Counted from the stretch's first letter, positions 25,138-38,520 are shown. The stretch is 64,000 nt of DNA from Paraspadella gotoi (GCA_051294375.1 CM119269.1:1003367-1067366), one strand, 5' to 3'. Translations and numbers: made by a program. The notes: a model not told the origin generated them from the sequence alone.

Positions 25138-25753
25138 NNNNNNNNNNNNNNNNNNNNNNNNNNNNNNNNNNNNNNNNNNNNNNNNNNNNNNNNNNNNNNN
25201 NNNNNNNNNNNNNNNNNNNNNNNNNNNNNNNNNNNNNNNNNNNNNNNNNNNNNNNNNNNNNNNNNNNNNNNNNNNNNNNNNNNNNNNNNNNNNNNNNNNN
25301 NNNNNNNNNNNNNNNNNNNNNNNNNNNNNNNNNNNNNNNNNNNNNNGAGAGAGAGAGAGAGAGAGAGAGAGAAAGAAAAAAAAGAAGCGTTGATGGAAGA
25401 ATAATGGATGAGTGTTCGATGAGAACGCTCTCTGAGTCTGTCCTCTTCAACGTCTTTCCTTTCAGTCCGAGTCAGAATGTTGAGCGGTTTGGTCATCATC
25501 ATTATCATCGTCGTCATTGTCATCATCGTCATCGACATCTTCATCATTATTATCAAGGTTTTTATCATCATCGTCGTCATAATAATCATAATCAACCTAA
25601 CCAACATTATGATCATCATAATTATCAATTCTTCATTATCATCATTATCATTATCTTTATAATAATAATAAAAATGATCATTTTAATCATCATCATCATC
25701 ATTTACAAATTTTGTTTATTATTAAGTCTTTTTTTCCGCATCTCACTTCCAGC

Positions 25754-26061
25754 GACTTGACTTGACTTGACTTGACTTGACTTGACTTGACTTNNNNNNN
25801 NNNNNNNNNNNNNNNNNNNNNNNNNNNNNNNNNNNNNNNNNNNNNNNNNNNNNNNNNNNNNNNNNNNNNNNNNNNNNNNNNNNNNNNNNNNNNNNNNNNN
25901 NNNNNNNNNNNNNNNNNNNNNNNNNNNNNNNNNNNNNNNNNNNNNNNNNNNNNNNNNNNNNNNNNNNNNNNNNNNNNNNNNNNNNNNNNNNNNNNNNNNN
26001 NNNNNNNNNNNNNNNNNNNNNNNNNNGACTTGACTTGACTTGACTTGACTTGACTTGACTT
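25754..26061 (+). repeat. (GACTT)n pentanucleotide microsatellite spanning a gap
   Basis: Perfect gactt repeats on both sides of an N run. Confidence 0.9.
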
Positions 26062-26147
26062 GTGGAGTGAACGTTTCGAAACTATACTCGGTCTGATCAG
26101 GTTCATCTCACGTTCACAATTTCTCTCTAATCGGTCAAACTGGCCGA

Positions 26148-26279
26148 AAATTCACAGGAGATTCACCAAATCTATGGATTTTGTGGCTTCAAATTCACAG
26201 GAGATTCACCAAATCTATGGATTTTGTGGCTTCAAATTCACAGGAGATTCACCAAATCTATGGATTTTGTGGCTTCAAA
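26148..26279 (+). repeat. Three perfect 43-bp tandem repeats
   Basis: aaattcacaggagattcaccaaatctatggattttgtggcttc x3, without spacers. Confidence 0.92.
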
Positions 26280-26535
26280 AGCAGACATCGTGGACACACG
26301 CTCCAAAAATTGAGTTTTATGATTTCTTCGCCATTAAACATAANNNNNNNNNNNNNNNNNNNNNNNNNNNNNNNNNNNNNNNNNNNNNNNNNNNNNNNNN
26401 NNNNNNNNNNNNNNNNNNNNNNNNNNNNNNNNNNNNNNNNNNNNNNNNNNNNNNNNNNNNNNNNNNNNNNNNNNNNNNNNNNNNNNNNNNNNNNNNNNNN
26501 NNNNNNNNNNNNNNNNNNNNNNNNNNNNNNNNNNN

Positions 26536-26575
<40 letters not shown>

Positions 26576-27230
26576 GTCGGGCGTCAATAAAGAAAGGAAG
26601 ACGAAAAAAGGAAAGAAAATAAAAGGAAGAAAGGAAAAAAGAAAAATAAGGAAAAGAAAGAAAAAAAAGGAGGAAGGGAAAGAAAGAAAAAGGAGGAAGG
26701 GAAAGAAAGATGCCGATAGGGCTGAGAGTACAACGAGAGATTTATGAGAAAAGCCGCAGAGAAGAGAGANNNNNNNNNNNNNNNNNNNNNNNNNNNNNNN
26801 NNNNNNNNNNNNNNNNNNNNNNNNNNNNNNNNNNNNNNNNNNNNNNNNNNNNNNNNNNNNNNNNNNNNNNNNNNNNNNNNNNNNNNNNNNNNNNNNNNNN
26901 NNNNNNNNNNNNNNNNNNNNNNNNNNNNNNNNNNNNNNNNNNNNNNNNNNNNNNNNNNNNNNNNNNNNNNNNNNNNNNNNNNNNNNNNNNNNNNNNNNAA
27001 TCTCAGGTACGTCAAAAGAAAAGGAAAAGCCAAGTGGCAGTCGGAAAAGCACAGACCTCTAACATCCGCTTTTGTTTTCGTTAAAAGGTCAGAAAAAGTA
27101 TAAAAAAGAATAAAACAAAAGGAACAATCGAAAAAAGAAAGGATAGGAACAAGTGGCCAACGATGGCCGGTTGTCCACCGAGGCGCGCGATTGATGGCGT
27201 CGCGGCCTCGATTTCGCACGGATCGAATGG

Positions 27231-27261
<31 letters not shown>

Positions 27262-27263
27262 AG

Positions 27264-27307
<44 letters not shown>

Positions 27308-27359
27308 AGAGAAAGAGAGAGAGAGAGAGAGGAAGAGAGAGAGAGAGAGAGGAGAAAGA

Positions 27360-27410
<51 letters not shown>

Positions 27411-27584
27411 AGGGGGGGAAAGGAAATCGAAATTGTCCCGCATAAAAACTTTTCCTCCAGAATCGATGGAAGATAGTTAAGGACGAACGGGCTTTTATTC
27501 TCCGGAGAGAAGATGGAGGGAAGTGGGTGGGGACCAAGGAACATGGGGGGGGGAAAGGGATAGAGATGAAAAAGAAATTAGAAA

Positions 27585-27965
27585 CGGAGATGGGAGGAGA
27601 TGGTGAGCGGGATGGGAGGAGATGGTGAGCAGAGATGGGAGGAGATGGTGACTGGGGATGGGAGGAGATGCCGAGCGGAATGGGAGGAGATGGTGCAGTG
27701 GGATGGGAGAAGATGGTGAGCGGGGATGGGAGGAGATGGTGGGCGGAGATGGGAGGAGAATGGTGAGCGGGGGATGGGAGGAGATAGCGAGGCGAAAGAT
27801 GGAGTAGATGCTGAGCGGAGATGGAAGGAGATGGTGAGAGGGGATGGGAGGGAGATGGTGCAGCGGGGATGTAGGAGATGGTGAGCGGGGATGGGAGGCA
27901 GATGCGGTGAGCGGTGATGGTGGGAGAGCATGGAGGCAGGAGAGGATGGTAGAAGTAACGAGATG
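27585..27965 (+). repeat. G-rich minisatellite, ~24-bp unit gggatgggaggagatggtgagc
   Basis: About 15 imperfect copies, followed by (GAGAT)n at about 28052-28100. Confidence 0.85.
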
Positions 27966-28267
27966 GAGGACAGTGATCGGTGATGAAATTGACAGAATGG
28001 AAGACAGAGAAGGAGATGAGGATGAGATGAAAATGAGAAGCTGAGATAAGAATGAGATGAGATGAGATGAGATGAGATGAGATTGAGATGAGATGAGATG
28101 AGAAGCTGAGATGGAAACGAGATAACGATGCGATGGCAAAAGAATGGAAATGGGAAAAAGAAAGCGATAACGAAGATCACGAAATGTGAGATTTCGGAAA
28201 AGAAAAAAAAAGAAAGTAAAGAAAGAACGAGAAAAAATCTTAAAAGCAATAGGAATCGAGCTGCTTG

Positions 28268-28530
28268 TTGATGATAACCAAATATTTGATGCGATGAATA
28301 ACCAAATATTTGATGCGATGATAAACCAAATATTGATGCGATGAATAACCGAAGGATTGATGCGATGAATACCAAAATGAATGGATCGGATTATATTCAA
28401 TTCATTGATGCCGTATGATGAATCAATTCATTGATGCGATGATGAGTCCTTCAATTGATGATGATAATCATTATTGATGCGATGATAGTCATTCATTGAT
28501 GCGATGCTAGTCATTCATTGAACGTGATGA
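28268..28530 (+). repeat. Minisatellite, ~23-bp unit with ttgatgcgatga core
   Basis: Recurring ttgatgcgatga in two subtypes (ataaccaaata and agtcattca). Confidence 0.8.
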
Positions 28531-29612
28531 GTTAATTAGAGAGAGAGAAAGAAGAGAGAGAGAGAGAGAGAGAGAGAGGAAGTTTATTGAGAGAGAAATA
28601 TAGAGAGAATAATAAATAATAATAAAAGTTTTTAGAAGGAAAAAAATAAAAATCTGGAAATAAAATTGGAGATTTTATTAAGAAAAAAGTGGCGTGATAA
28701 AAATAAAATTGTTTTATTAGAGTTGGATTAACATCAAATTAACTTCTATTTTTTCAATTGGAATAAGACCTGAAGTCTTTTGTTCATCTAGTTTAAAATG
28801 AGGTTGAAAACCTTTTTTTTGCATATTATGAAATGAATGAGATTGATATTGAATGGTATGAATGAAAACTCTCGCGCTATAGCAGCTAAACTATTTTCAA
28901 TAATAACGGTCAAAAAATTATAATCTCTATTAACAAAATATATAGTTGACAATAATCAGTTAACGACTATAAATATTTTGACTTCCAATATTTTTTTACT
29001 ATTAAAATAATTTTATTTCCTCATCTTAAAATTTTAATCTTGATGAAATTTTAGATTGTTACATTTTTATATATATATTATTTATTAATAAAAAAAAAAT
29101 ATTATTTATATTAACCGCCGCAATTCCCGGATATATAGGCAGGTATCGCAACCTGTCCCACAAGTTGATGTACAATGTGACATTGCCTGTATTATAAGTT
29201 TTTCTTCCCTTTTTCTAAAATGAATTCACGAAAATCTCGGATGTAAATTTGGGATTTTGTATTGAGAAAAAAAATAAATGGCGATAATAAAAGTTTTTAG
29301 AAGGAAACAAATAATAAGAATTTTTCAAAAAACGAACGATCACGCAAGAGATCGTACAGAGAGAGACAGACGCACACAGAGAGAGACAGAGAGAGACAGA
29401 GAGAGACTGAGAGAGACTGAGAAAGACAACGCCTGAAAAAAAAATAGATAATTAAAAAATAAATAAAAGAAAGGCAAAATTTACAATTGGAAATTTTTCC
29501 AATTTTTTCCAATCATAGGTTGTTAACGATTTTATTTTTATTTGTATTAAAATTAAGATATAGCTTTCATTAAAAAGTTATTGAGAGTTCCCATTTTTAT
29601 TACAGATTTAAA

Positions 29613-29717
29613 AAAAAACAAAGTTTTTAATTGTGTTACAACGAATTTAATTAGAGATTAATTAAATAATAATAATTAGATAAATTCGTTGTAACACAAT
29701 TAAAAACTTTGTTTTTT
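29613..29717. repeat. 37-bp perfect inverted repeat related to the hammerhead-element tail
   Basis: aaaaaacaaagtttttaattgtgttacaacgaattta (29613-29649) vs taaattcgttgtaacacaattaaaaactttgtttttt (29681-29717). It shares taaattcgttgta with the tail of the 45447-45492 element. Confidence 0.8.
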
Positions 29718-29756
29718 CTCTAAATCATAACAACAACGAAAACGAAAGGTTTATCG

Positions 29757-29940
29757 CATCAGATTTAAAAAAAAAATTTTGAATTTCATCTTCAATATTA
29801 TATACTGCAATATGTAAATTAGATTAAAGCATTTCTATATACTAATTTGGATATTATAATGAGTACTATAATCTCATTTGCATATTGCAGTAAATCATAA
29901 TGAAGTGGAAATTCAAACAAAAAATACTTAAATCCAGATG
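29757..29940. repeat. Degenerate ~70-bp inverted repeat (MITE/foldback-like)
   Basis: catcagatttaa...tactgcaatatgtaaattagatta vs taatctcatttgcatattgcagta...ttaaatccagatg. Confidence 0.65.
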
Positions 29941-30672
29941 TAATAAGAAAATATCAGAGCTATTTCAAGATGAGAAGCCATATCTAAATTTTTAACTTAC
30001 TATGATCGCACACTTTTATAAAACTTTATCATAATTCATAATAATTTTTATTTAAAAAAAAAGGTAAGTCACAGCCAAACCTATAAAAGCGTAGTAGTTT
30101 TTATATAAAAACAGCGTGACGGACGACGACGACGACGACGACGACGTCACAAAGAAGCTGACCCGAATCAATATCGAGCCTGAACCGGCTTCGCCGGTCA
30201 TGGCTCGATAAAAAAGAAGAAAGAGAAGAAAGAATAAAGAGAAGAAAGAAGAAAGAGGAATCCAAAAGTCAACTTTGAAACGAAACAAAAGACTATAAAT
30301 TGAGCAGAAAAAGTCGCTTCGAACAGAAGTTCTTAATTAAGGCATTGGTTTTATTTTATTATTTTATTTTATTAACATCGTCAAATATCACAAAACTGTT
30401 GAATTGAAACTAAATATATAATATAACACGGAGGCTTATAAAAAAGTGATTAATGAAAATAAATAGAAATAACAAAGAAGATATAAAATGTTACTAATTT
30501 GAAAACTAATATGAAAAGAGAGAAGAGGAAAAAAAAAGGGCAACTGGTAATTTTGCCGGTTAATGGACTGGCGAGGGGCAAAAAAAAAAAAAATAAAGAA
30601 GAGGCCGCGTGATAGAGATAAGTAAATCGGAGAAAGAACGATTCTATTTTTAGCCTTTGCTGGAGAGAAGAG

Positions 30673-30709
<37 letters not shown>

Positions 30710-30743
30710 AATTGGAACCATATGGTCGAGAAGGGAGCCTTAC

Positions 30744-30833
30744 CGATGAACCACATGATTTGTGGTTTTTCGTTCCGACTGCTCGAACGAACGATGCACG
30801 TGAACGAGGCCGGCCTCTCCTCCACCAATTTCC
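30744..30833 (-). CDS. IgSF protein exon, N-terminal part of a C2-type Ig domain
   Basis: Acceptor cattcgtccgtag|GG, donor ATCG|gtaagg; 90 nt, phase 1 to 1, in frame with the 31784-31920 exon. Encodes GKLVEERPASFTCIVRSSSRNEKPQIMWFI (B-strand Cys, C-strand Trp). Confidence 0.88.
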
Positions 30834-30862
30834 CTACGGACGAATGGAAAGGATTTCGTGCG

Positions 30863-31157
30863 TTTTTAGTTGCGCCGCGAGTACTCGCGAAGCATTTTTA
30901 TAAGTCACTTTTCGGTCGGTCTGTCGGTCGGTCGGTCCGTCAGTCTGTCCCACTTTGGTTAAAAATGCCTATAATTCGCTTATAGTTTGCTCATTTGTTA
31001 AGAAAGGAAAAACCTCAAATCTAGGTGACTACTAGCGCCGCCTTCAGGAAATCCTAAAACTATAAAGAATGAAAGACAAGTTTCCAATGCATGTCATAAA
31101 TACATGTGAAAAGAAAGTCACTGCGGCGCGACACATTAGAATTACCGTTCTTTTTTT
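30863..31157 (+). mobile_element. Helentron/DINE-1-like non-autonomous element (HINE)
   Basis: T-run start ttttagttgcgccgcgagtactcgcg (palindromic sub-terminal repeat), GTCG/GTCC microsatellite, 3' actgcggcgc complementary to the 5' repeat, and gaattaccgttc plus T-run end. A homologous copy lies at 33628-34025. Confidence 0.65.
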
Positions 31158-31783
31158 AAGAAAAAAAAACAAAAAAAACAGACACTCCCATTTTGTAAAA
31201 AAGAAAACAAAACGAAAACTAAGAAGGCCAACGAGATCCGCGCGCGCGCAGGCCGCCCAAGTCTGGATCATGAGTCGCAGATTCGCAAAATCGGGAGATT
31301 AATTAATTAATCGCTCGACATTTGCGACGCACAAGTAGTCGACTTCGTTAAAACGAGACGATTTTTTTAATTAAGAAAGATTTCTGGGTCGCGTAATTAA
31401 GATATCGTTCGAAAATGCGCCAGTAACAATAATTGCAAATTAAACTTTCTTATTGTAAATATATGTCAATACTACATATGAAATTGGTTTAAGCAAAAGT
31501 TTTCTCCAAACTAAGGACCTAATACCTGATACATAATACCTAATACCCAATACATACTACCTAATACCCAATACATAATACCTAATACCTCTTACAAGAA
31601 AATAATACTGCAAAACCCTGAAAGTTCTTAATGAAATTTCCTTTTCATTACTACCTGTAGTATTTGTTCCTTATCAATAAGGTTATATGATACATAAATG
31701 TTTTGATCGGATAAAAGACCACTCGGCCGTTAGCAATATTTAAGTCTATAAATGATTAATCAAGCAACGAATCTTCAAATCAC

Positions 31784-31920
31784 CTGAAAACACGCAAAGC
31801 GGCTTCGAGACCACAATGAGAGTCACCATCATGATGTTGCCGCATTTGTAGGAGCCACCGTCTTCCATCTGCACGGAGATGATGACCATGCGGTATTGGT
31901 CTTTACCTTCTTTGGAGAAC
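31784..31920 (-). CDS. IgSF cell-surface protein, exon encoding the C-terminal half of a V/I-type Ig domain
   Basis: Acceptor ttctctctttcccag|G, donor TCAG|gtgatt; 137 nt, phase 2 to 1. Encodes FSKEGKDQYRMVIISVQMEDGGSYKCGNIMMVTLIVVSKPLCVFS, with the Ig E/F-strand signature Y-x-M-x-I-x-x-V-x-x-E-D-x-G-x-Y-x-C. Confidence 0.88.
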
Positions 31921-31964
31921 CTGGGAAAGAGAGAAATGCCGATTGAATGTGAGGTCGACGGAGC

Positions 31965-32033
<69 letters not shown>

Positions 32034-32220
32034 AGAATAAGAAGATCGAGAGAAGGAAGAAAAAACAAAGATATTTCTCAAGATCTTTCCTTTTCGTTGA
32101 ATGTTTTGAGCAGAGATCATATTTGCTATTTTCCTATTTCCTACTTTTCGCTCTCCACGATTTTCCCCTCTATGTTCCGTGACCAATCTCTCTCTCTCTC
32201 TTCGTCTCTCTCTCTCTCTC

Positions 32221-32262
<42 letters not shown>

Positions 32263-32509
32263 CTCCTTTATCACTAACTTTAGTCGCATTGCTTTTATTT
32301 CTTTGCAACGTTCATGCCCCCCCAGAGCACTTTGGCCAATTCCCCAACTGATCTCTCTCGTTTTCACTTATTTTTTTTCTTTCCTCATTCGTCGAGAATT
32401 TTATTTTTTAGTGGGGTTTTTTAAAAGCTTTTTGATTGTTATACTTTTTCGTTATGTATTTTTTGCTATAAGATTTTCCCCGTTTTTCTGAGGAAAAGTG
32501 AGACCTCGC

Positions 32510-32575
32510 CCTGTATATTTCTTCGCTCGCTCTCGGTGAAAGATCTTTTCACCGACCAACTTTAGTATTTGACCA
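32510..32575 (-). CDS. Candidate exon, middle of the V/I-type domain (GC donor or base error)
   Basis: Acceptor gaccag|T; 66 nt, phase 2 to 2. Encodes GQILKLVGEKIFHRERAKKYTG and joins in frame to FSKEGKDQY. The donor reads GG|gcgagg, one base from canonical gtgagg, and the pyrimidine tract is weak. Confidence 0.42.
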
Positions 32576-32748
32576 CTGGTCATTGGTCAATGACGAGTCT
32601 TTTTTAGTTTTTTTCGATAATTCACATCAGATAATAAAACTTTGAAATCTTCATCGCTACTTTTCATTCACGAAATTTCAATGAGATTCAACTAAATATT
32701 CAGACAAAATCTGTGTTAAGCTTGCAAGGAACGGACGACGCTGCAAAC

Positions 32749-32857
<109 letters not shown>

Positions 32858-33627
32858 CAACCCTGCCGAAAGTCGCGCGATCTTGGGAATTTTTCACAAA
32901 CGCCGTCTGGTGAGGAAAAACGTTACGTGGCGGAAATCAAAGTCGCTTCGCCGGTTATGAGCCTCGTAAAGTTCCGAGTTCTTATTTGCATGTTGATGAG
33001 AGAAATGAATCAGCGCCGGTGCCGGGACGGGGCTGCGGCGCCGGTGCCGGGCCGGAGACGACGCCGGGCCGTGACTGCGGCGCCCNNNNNNNNNNCGGAG
33101 GCAAAAATCGTCAACCGACGACTCGTTCGTCGTGGCGAAACGATTCAAGTTTTCTCAGTTCGAAGGGAAAAGTTTCGGGTTCGATTCTTTCCTCGCGACT
33201 CACAACTCACGAAAAGACGATCAATTCGAAAAACGCGGAACATCTGCCGACAACAACAACAACAAAAAACGACAACCATTAAAAATGACGACAACGACGA
33301 CGATAACTGAGTAATTTTCCCGCGAAAAGTTTCTTCCCTTTCGTCAGAAGAAGGGAATCGCGGGGCGGCGGGGCGGCGGGGCGGCGATGGCGGGCGAGGG
33401 GATGAAAGGGAAGAGAAAAAAGCCTTTTACCCCCGGAGAGAAAACTCGCGTTGAAATGAGGAAGCGGGCTGGAGAGAGTTTATTGGGGTGTGGAAGGGGC
33501 TGGAGAGTTTAAAGGGGGTATGGAGGAGGGATGGTGAGGCGCGGCGAAGTTTTTAATATTTCTCTTCTAGATGATGTTCCAGTCGCTTCGCTTCCCTTTC
33601 TCGCCTTTAGAAAATTTCCTACTTTTT

Positions 33628-34025
33628 ATTTTTAGTTGCACCGCGAGTAGTCGCGGAGCAACTCTATAAGTCACTTTTCGGTCGGTCTGTTGGTCGGTAA
33701 GTCTGTCGGTCCGTAGGTTTGTCCTACTTACGTTAATACGTATATAATTTCCCTATAGTTGGTTGCTCTTTTGTTAAGACAAAAAAAATTTAAATCTAAA
33801 TCTAAATCTAAGCGACTGCAAGCGCCGCCTTCAGGAAATCCTAAAACTAAAATAGAATTTTTATTCAGGGCATGTCATAAATACACCGGCTAAGAAAGTT
33901 ATTGTAGTCATGTAGTCATGTTATGTCACGTCTGTTACGTCATGTCATGTTATGTAACGAGAAATACACGAAATAAGGCAGTCACTGCGGCGCAGCACAT
34001 TTGAATTACCGTTCTTGTTTTTTTT
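33628..34025 (+). mobile_element. Helentron/DINE-1-like non-autonomous element, second copy
   Basis: Same 5' end (ttttagttgcaccgcgagtagtcgcggagc...taagtcacttttcggtcggtctgt), same internal block (agcgccgccttcaggaaatcctaaaacta) and same 3' end (gtcactgcggcgc...gaattaccgttcttgtt). Confidence 0.65.
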
Positions 34026-34916
34026 ACAAAAGAAATAAATGTTTCATGGTTTTTAATCGTCAGAGCGGAAATTCGTGCGTGAATACGTGTAAAGGGAACT
34101 AGGATGGCGCAGGGGGGAAAGAGGGAAAGAGAAACTCAGATAGAAAAAAAAACTTAAGATGGAATAAAAAAAATGAAGTACTTATTATTAATTATAATCG
34201 AGGAAAACATTACGACCTGAATTCTGTACAGACAACTGTGAACATGAGGTTTCGAAAACCTTTTGATAACTAAAATATATTTTTTTTTTATTTTATGAAA
34301 TATAAAGAAATAAAGAAAAAGAGAGAAATTCAGTCAGACACAAATGGAAAGTCAAATTGAAAAAAAGCAAAAAAATAGATAAGGAAAAATGGAACGAGAG
34401 AAAGAAAACGAAAAAAGAAAAGAAAAGAAAGGAAATTTCCCTCGGGATCAGAAGAAGAATACGAAATCAGTCTGTCCGTCTTCTTCTTAGCTTCGCCCGT
34501 CCGTCCGTCCGTCTATATGGATTCTCCAAAGCGTCGGTTTTATGGCGAAAATCCAGCGGAACTCTTTCCTCCCTTTCGACCTTCATTTGTCTATTGATGG
34601 GTGACCATTACCGTCGCCGCCTCGGCCCACATTTGGTGGAACCGACTTTTTCGGTTTCCGGAAATCTCGGCCGATTTTCCGGAAACCACAATCGGAAAAA
34701 AAAATGGCCGAGATAATTGGTTACTGGGTTTTTATAAAAAAATAATGATTGTAACAGACATAATTTTACTTTAGTTTTCGCATAGCTTTAGCTTGTTTTT
34801 AGATTGTATAGTTAAAGTAAGTAAGCAGAGTTTTGGATTTCCTAGAAATCCTAAAAAGATTATCGTTTCGTTGAAATTCTCAGTGGAAACGGATCGAAGG
34901 AGATTGGAAACTGCAA

Positions 34917-35001
<85 letters not shown>

Positions 35002-35107
35002 CAACTTCCGCGTGCGCGCGTGCGTTAAACGCGTTTTTGCCGGAAGTGAATAAAGAATCTGGCGCGCGTCAGTGAGTTGAGGAATGCCGTGCGGGACGTG
35101 AAGCCGA

Positions 35108-35201
<94 letters not shown>

Positions 35202-35832
35202 AGAGAGAGAAAGAGAGAAGAGATGAGAAGAAAGAGAGAGAGAGAGAGAGAGGAGAAAAAGCACTTTGGGCTTTTGAAAAGTCAAAAGGTAAAAAGAGTT
35301 TAACGTCAGATCCAATAAAGGAAGCGAAAAGAGAAGAAGAAAGAAAGGAAAGAATAAAAAGATAAGGATAAGGAAAGAGAGAGAGAGACAGAGACAGAGA
35401 AAGAAGAATTTTAGGTTTGGAATCCCATTCAGTTCAAGTTATTATTACCCTCTAAGTCTAAAATAGCTTCGGTCTTCGTTTCTCGAAGTAATTAAGCTGT
35501 CAGAGATAGTGAACCATCTTCTTTATTCATTCATGAAGAAATCCTATTTACATTATTTTCTGTGTTGAAAATTGTTAAAAGATGGACCTCCATGGAATGC
35601 AATACATCAAATAAAACGTTGCAACGCTTTAGTCATAATAAATACATAATTCATTGATTTAAACTTGGTATTAGTTATGGTGATTTTCACTTCTCTTATG
35701 GTGATTCCAAGTTCGCATCTTTTCTGAACGCAGAAGTCAGTAAAGGAAATTCAGTCTTCGTTTTATTCCTAAAAATCTTCGGAGACAAAAAGATTCTTCG
35801 ATATCGAAAAGCGATTCTAACGTCGACGCTTC

Positions 35833-35950
<118 letters not shown>

Positions 35951-36617
35951 AATCGATTGATGTTAGATGAAGACGACATTTTCCGTCGTCGCTTCGAGTC
36001 ACGTGACCTGAAAGAAAAGGAGAAACTCCGTAACGGGTTAATAATTAATAATTAATAATTAATAATTAATAAATAATTGTTGCTCGCATCGATGACGGCG
36101 TCTCGGTAATTAATAACGACGATTTTATTAAAAACTTTGACATTTAACATTTAACATTAACATTAACATTGACATTTAACACAATCGATGCTTTTTTGAA
36201 TAATTCTTTCGTCGCCTGGAATATGATTAAGTTATGTCTGTTATTGTTAGATAGAAAATATACGCGATTGATAATTTAAATCACGTCAAGACACTCAAAA
36301 ATTCAAATTAATCACTTGTAGTATTTTTTTTCCACCCGACTGATTTGGTGTACACCTCGCGTCACACACACAAAAAAAAGATTTTTAAAAAAATAAATAT
36401 AATTAATGAAATCATTATAATCACTGAGACCAGCGGAGTACTATAATTTTTCACATTTCTGACATGCATAACTTTCGCCCAACAACCTTACTTTTATTTC
36501 CCCCTCTTTCGAATCGGATTCTCGTGGACTAGAGATAAAGATATCTGGGGGTTTTTCTCTCCTTCAGTACATGACTCATCCGCGCTCGCGTTTCAGAGTG
36601 GCGTCATTCGAATCCAT

Positions 36618-36757
36618 GTCACGTGACCCCGTTTTTACGTGACCCCGTTTACACGTGACCTCGTCGTCACGTGATCTGAGAACGAAACAAGAATCCAATC
36701 CGACCAATGAGCGTCGTTTTCCCTTAAGAAACAAGAATCCAATCCGACCAATGAGCG
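36618..36757. promoter_or_regulatory. E-box cluster plus duplicated CCAAT-box unit
   Basis: Four (G/A)TCACGTGAC-like sites in 36618-36675, then gaaacaagaatCCAATccgaCCAATgagcg twice (36684-36713 and 36728-36757). Confidence 0.3.
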
Positions 36758-38137
36758 GATGGAATAAAAAAGCAAAACCCAGAATATGAAGAAGAAAACT
36801 GAAGCAAAAGACAACCAAGTATTTGAAGCAGCTGCCGAAAAAAGAAGAAGAAAGGCTCTGGAGCTAATTTCATGACCAATTGTGAGAATTTGTATCGACT
36901 CACGTCCGTCACGTTGGCGTTTGCCACTTTTTCGACCCGGAACCTGAGTGAAAGTCTGAGTGAAAGTCTTCGTCGTATCAACGTTTTCACATCTTTTATC
37001 ACATACGTTTTCATTTCCTTTTTTCTTTTCATTTGTAAAGATTCCGCGCAATTTATGTGCAATTTTCACAAACCCGGATGAAGGATATCGACCTGGAATC
37101 CCGACAAAACCACTTTCAATGTTTTAACATATTTTTACAAATGTGTCAGTGAATTTTTGACGTTATTGTTGAGCCAGGAAATTTTATTTGTCACGGTTCT
37201 ATAATCTTGAGGTTCATTAGCCGTTTTTTTTTTTGCACTGACATTTTTTTGTTTTTCTGTTCGCCAACCAACTTTCAAAATGCTTTTGCCACGCCCTCAC
37301 TTATTTTGTCACGTTGCGTTGCAGTCGCTCGCGGATGTACACGCGCGAGAATTCTGGCTTCTCTCTCAGTTCAACCCTTTCTATCCGAACCCCTTTCCTT
37401 TTTCCCTCTCTCTCTCTCTTCTCTCACCTCGTCTCTCTCTCTCTCTCTCTCTCGTCTCTCTTCTCTCTCTCTTCTTCTCTCTCTCTCTCTCATCTCTATC
37501 TCTCTCATCTCTCTCTCTCTCTTCTTCTCTCTCTCCTTCCCTTCCCCTTCCTCTACTTCCCCCCTCGTCCCTTTCGCATTTTTTTGATTTATGCTTTCCT
37601 ATTGTGTTTTACTGGTGGTCATGTTTTCCCTACAGACCCGAAGTTATGAGACTTTTGGTCTTTGAGAAAGCAAACTTTTGAGAGCCGCGATACCAATCCG
37701 GCGTTTGGGAAAGAAAAAAAAAACTGTTTTCGGATCCTTTCATCGCTGTTTTTTTTTTTCCTTTTTATTTATTTTCTTTCTTTTCCTTTTTTTTCGGTTT
37801 TCCTGTGAGAAGTCGCCGAGAAAAGAAGCGAAGTGGGCCGGTAAAATTTAATGATTAGTATCGTAGAAACAAAATGACCGCTAAATCTTGTCTCTCTCTC
37901 TCTCTCTCTCTCTCTCCTCTCGCATCTGGCTTCGTCCTCGCTCTCTCTCTCTCTCTTGCCTCTCTCTCTTTCTCTCTCTCTGCTCTCATCTTCTCTCTCT
38001 CTCTCTCTTCGTTTTTTTTATTTCCCCTTCTTTCCTTTTTCTGATGTCTGTTCGTTGCTGAACCGTTTCTTTCTGTTCTTTCTTTCGTGTTCTTTCTTGT
38101 CTTGGTCTTGTCTTCTGCTGGCTTCTTTCAATCTGCG

Positions 38138-38177
<40 letters not shown>

Positions 38178-38309
38178 ATCTCTCCTCTCTCATTCTCTCT
38201 CTCTCTCTCCTCTCTCAGCCAACAGGCCCCTCTTGCTCTGAACGTTGCCAATCGGCCAGTTCTGGACGTTGAATGCGGCGAAGAAGACAGTAGAAACTAA
38301 CAAATTTTT

Positions 38310-38520
38310 TAACTACATTGAATGATGATATTGTTTATTGCCAAGGGATTCTTGTAGAAAAAAGGGACACAGTCCTGCCTAATATTGTGTACTATAAGAT
38401 TCTGTGTTTTTAGTATTGGCCCTTCAGCATTATTAGACAAAAGGACCCATTAGCTACTACTCGATACCTGTCTCAGGTCAAGTTAAATCATTTCTATTTC
38501 TATGTTCTATTTCTATTTCT
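38310..38520 (+). mobile_element. Possible LINE/SINE 3' end with (TTTCTA)n tail
   Basis: CpG-poor island ending atttctatttctatgttctatttctatttct and abutting a TC tract; only the tail supports the call. Confidence 0.22.

Noticed and set aside
26148-26279. 43-bp repeats as CRISPR
   Set aside because: Head-to-tail copies with no spacers.
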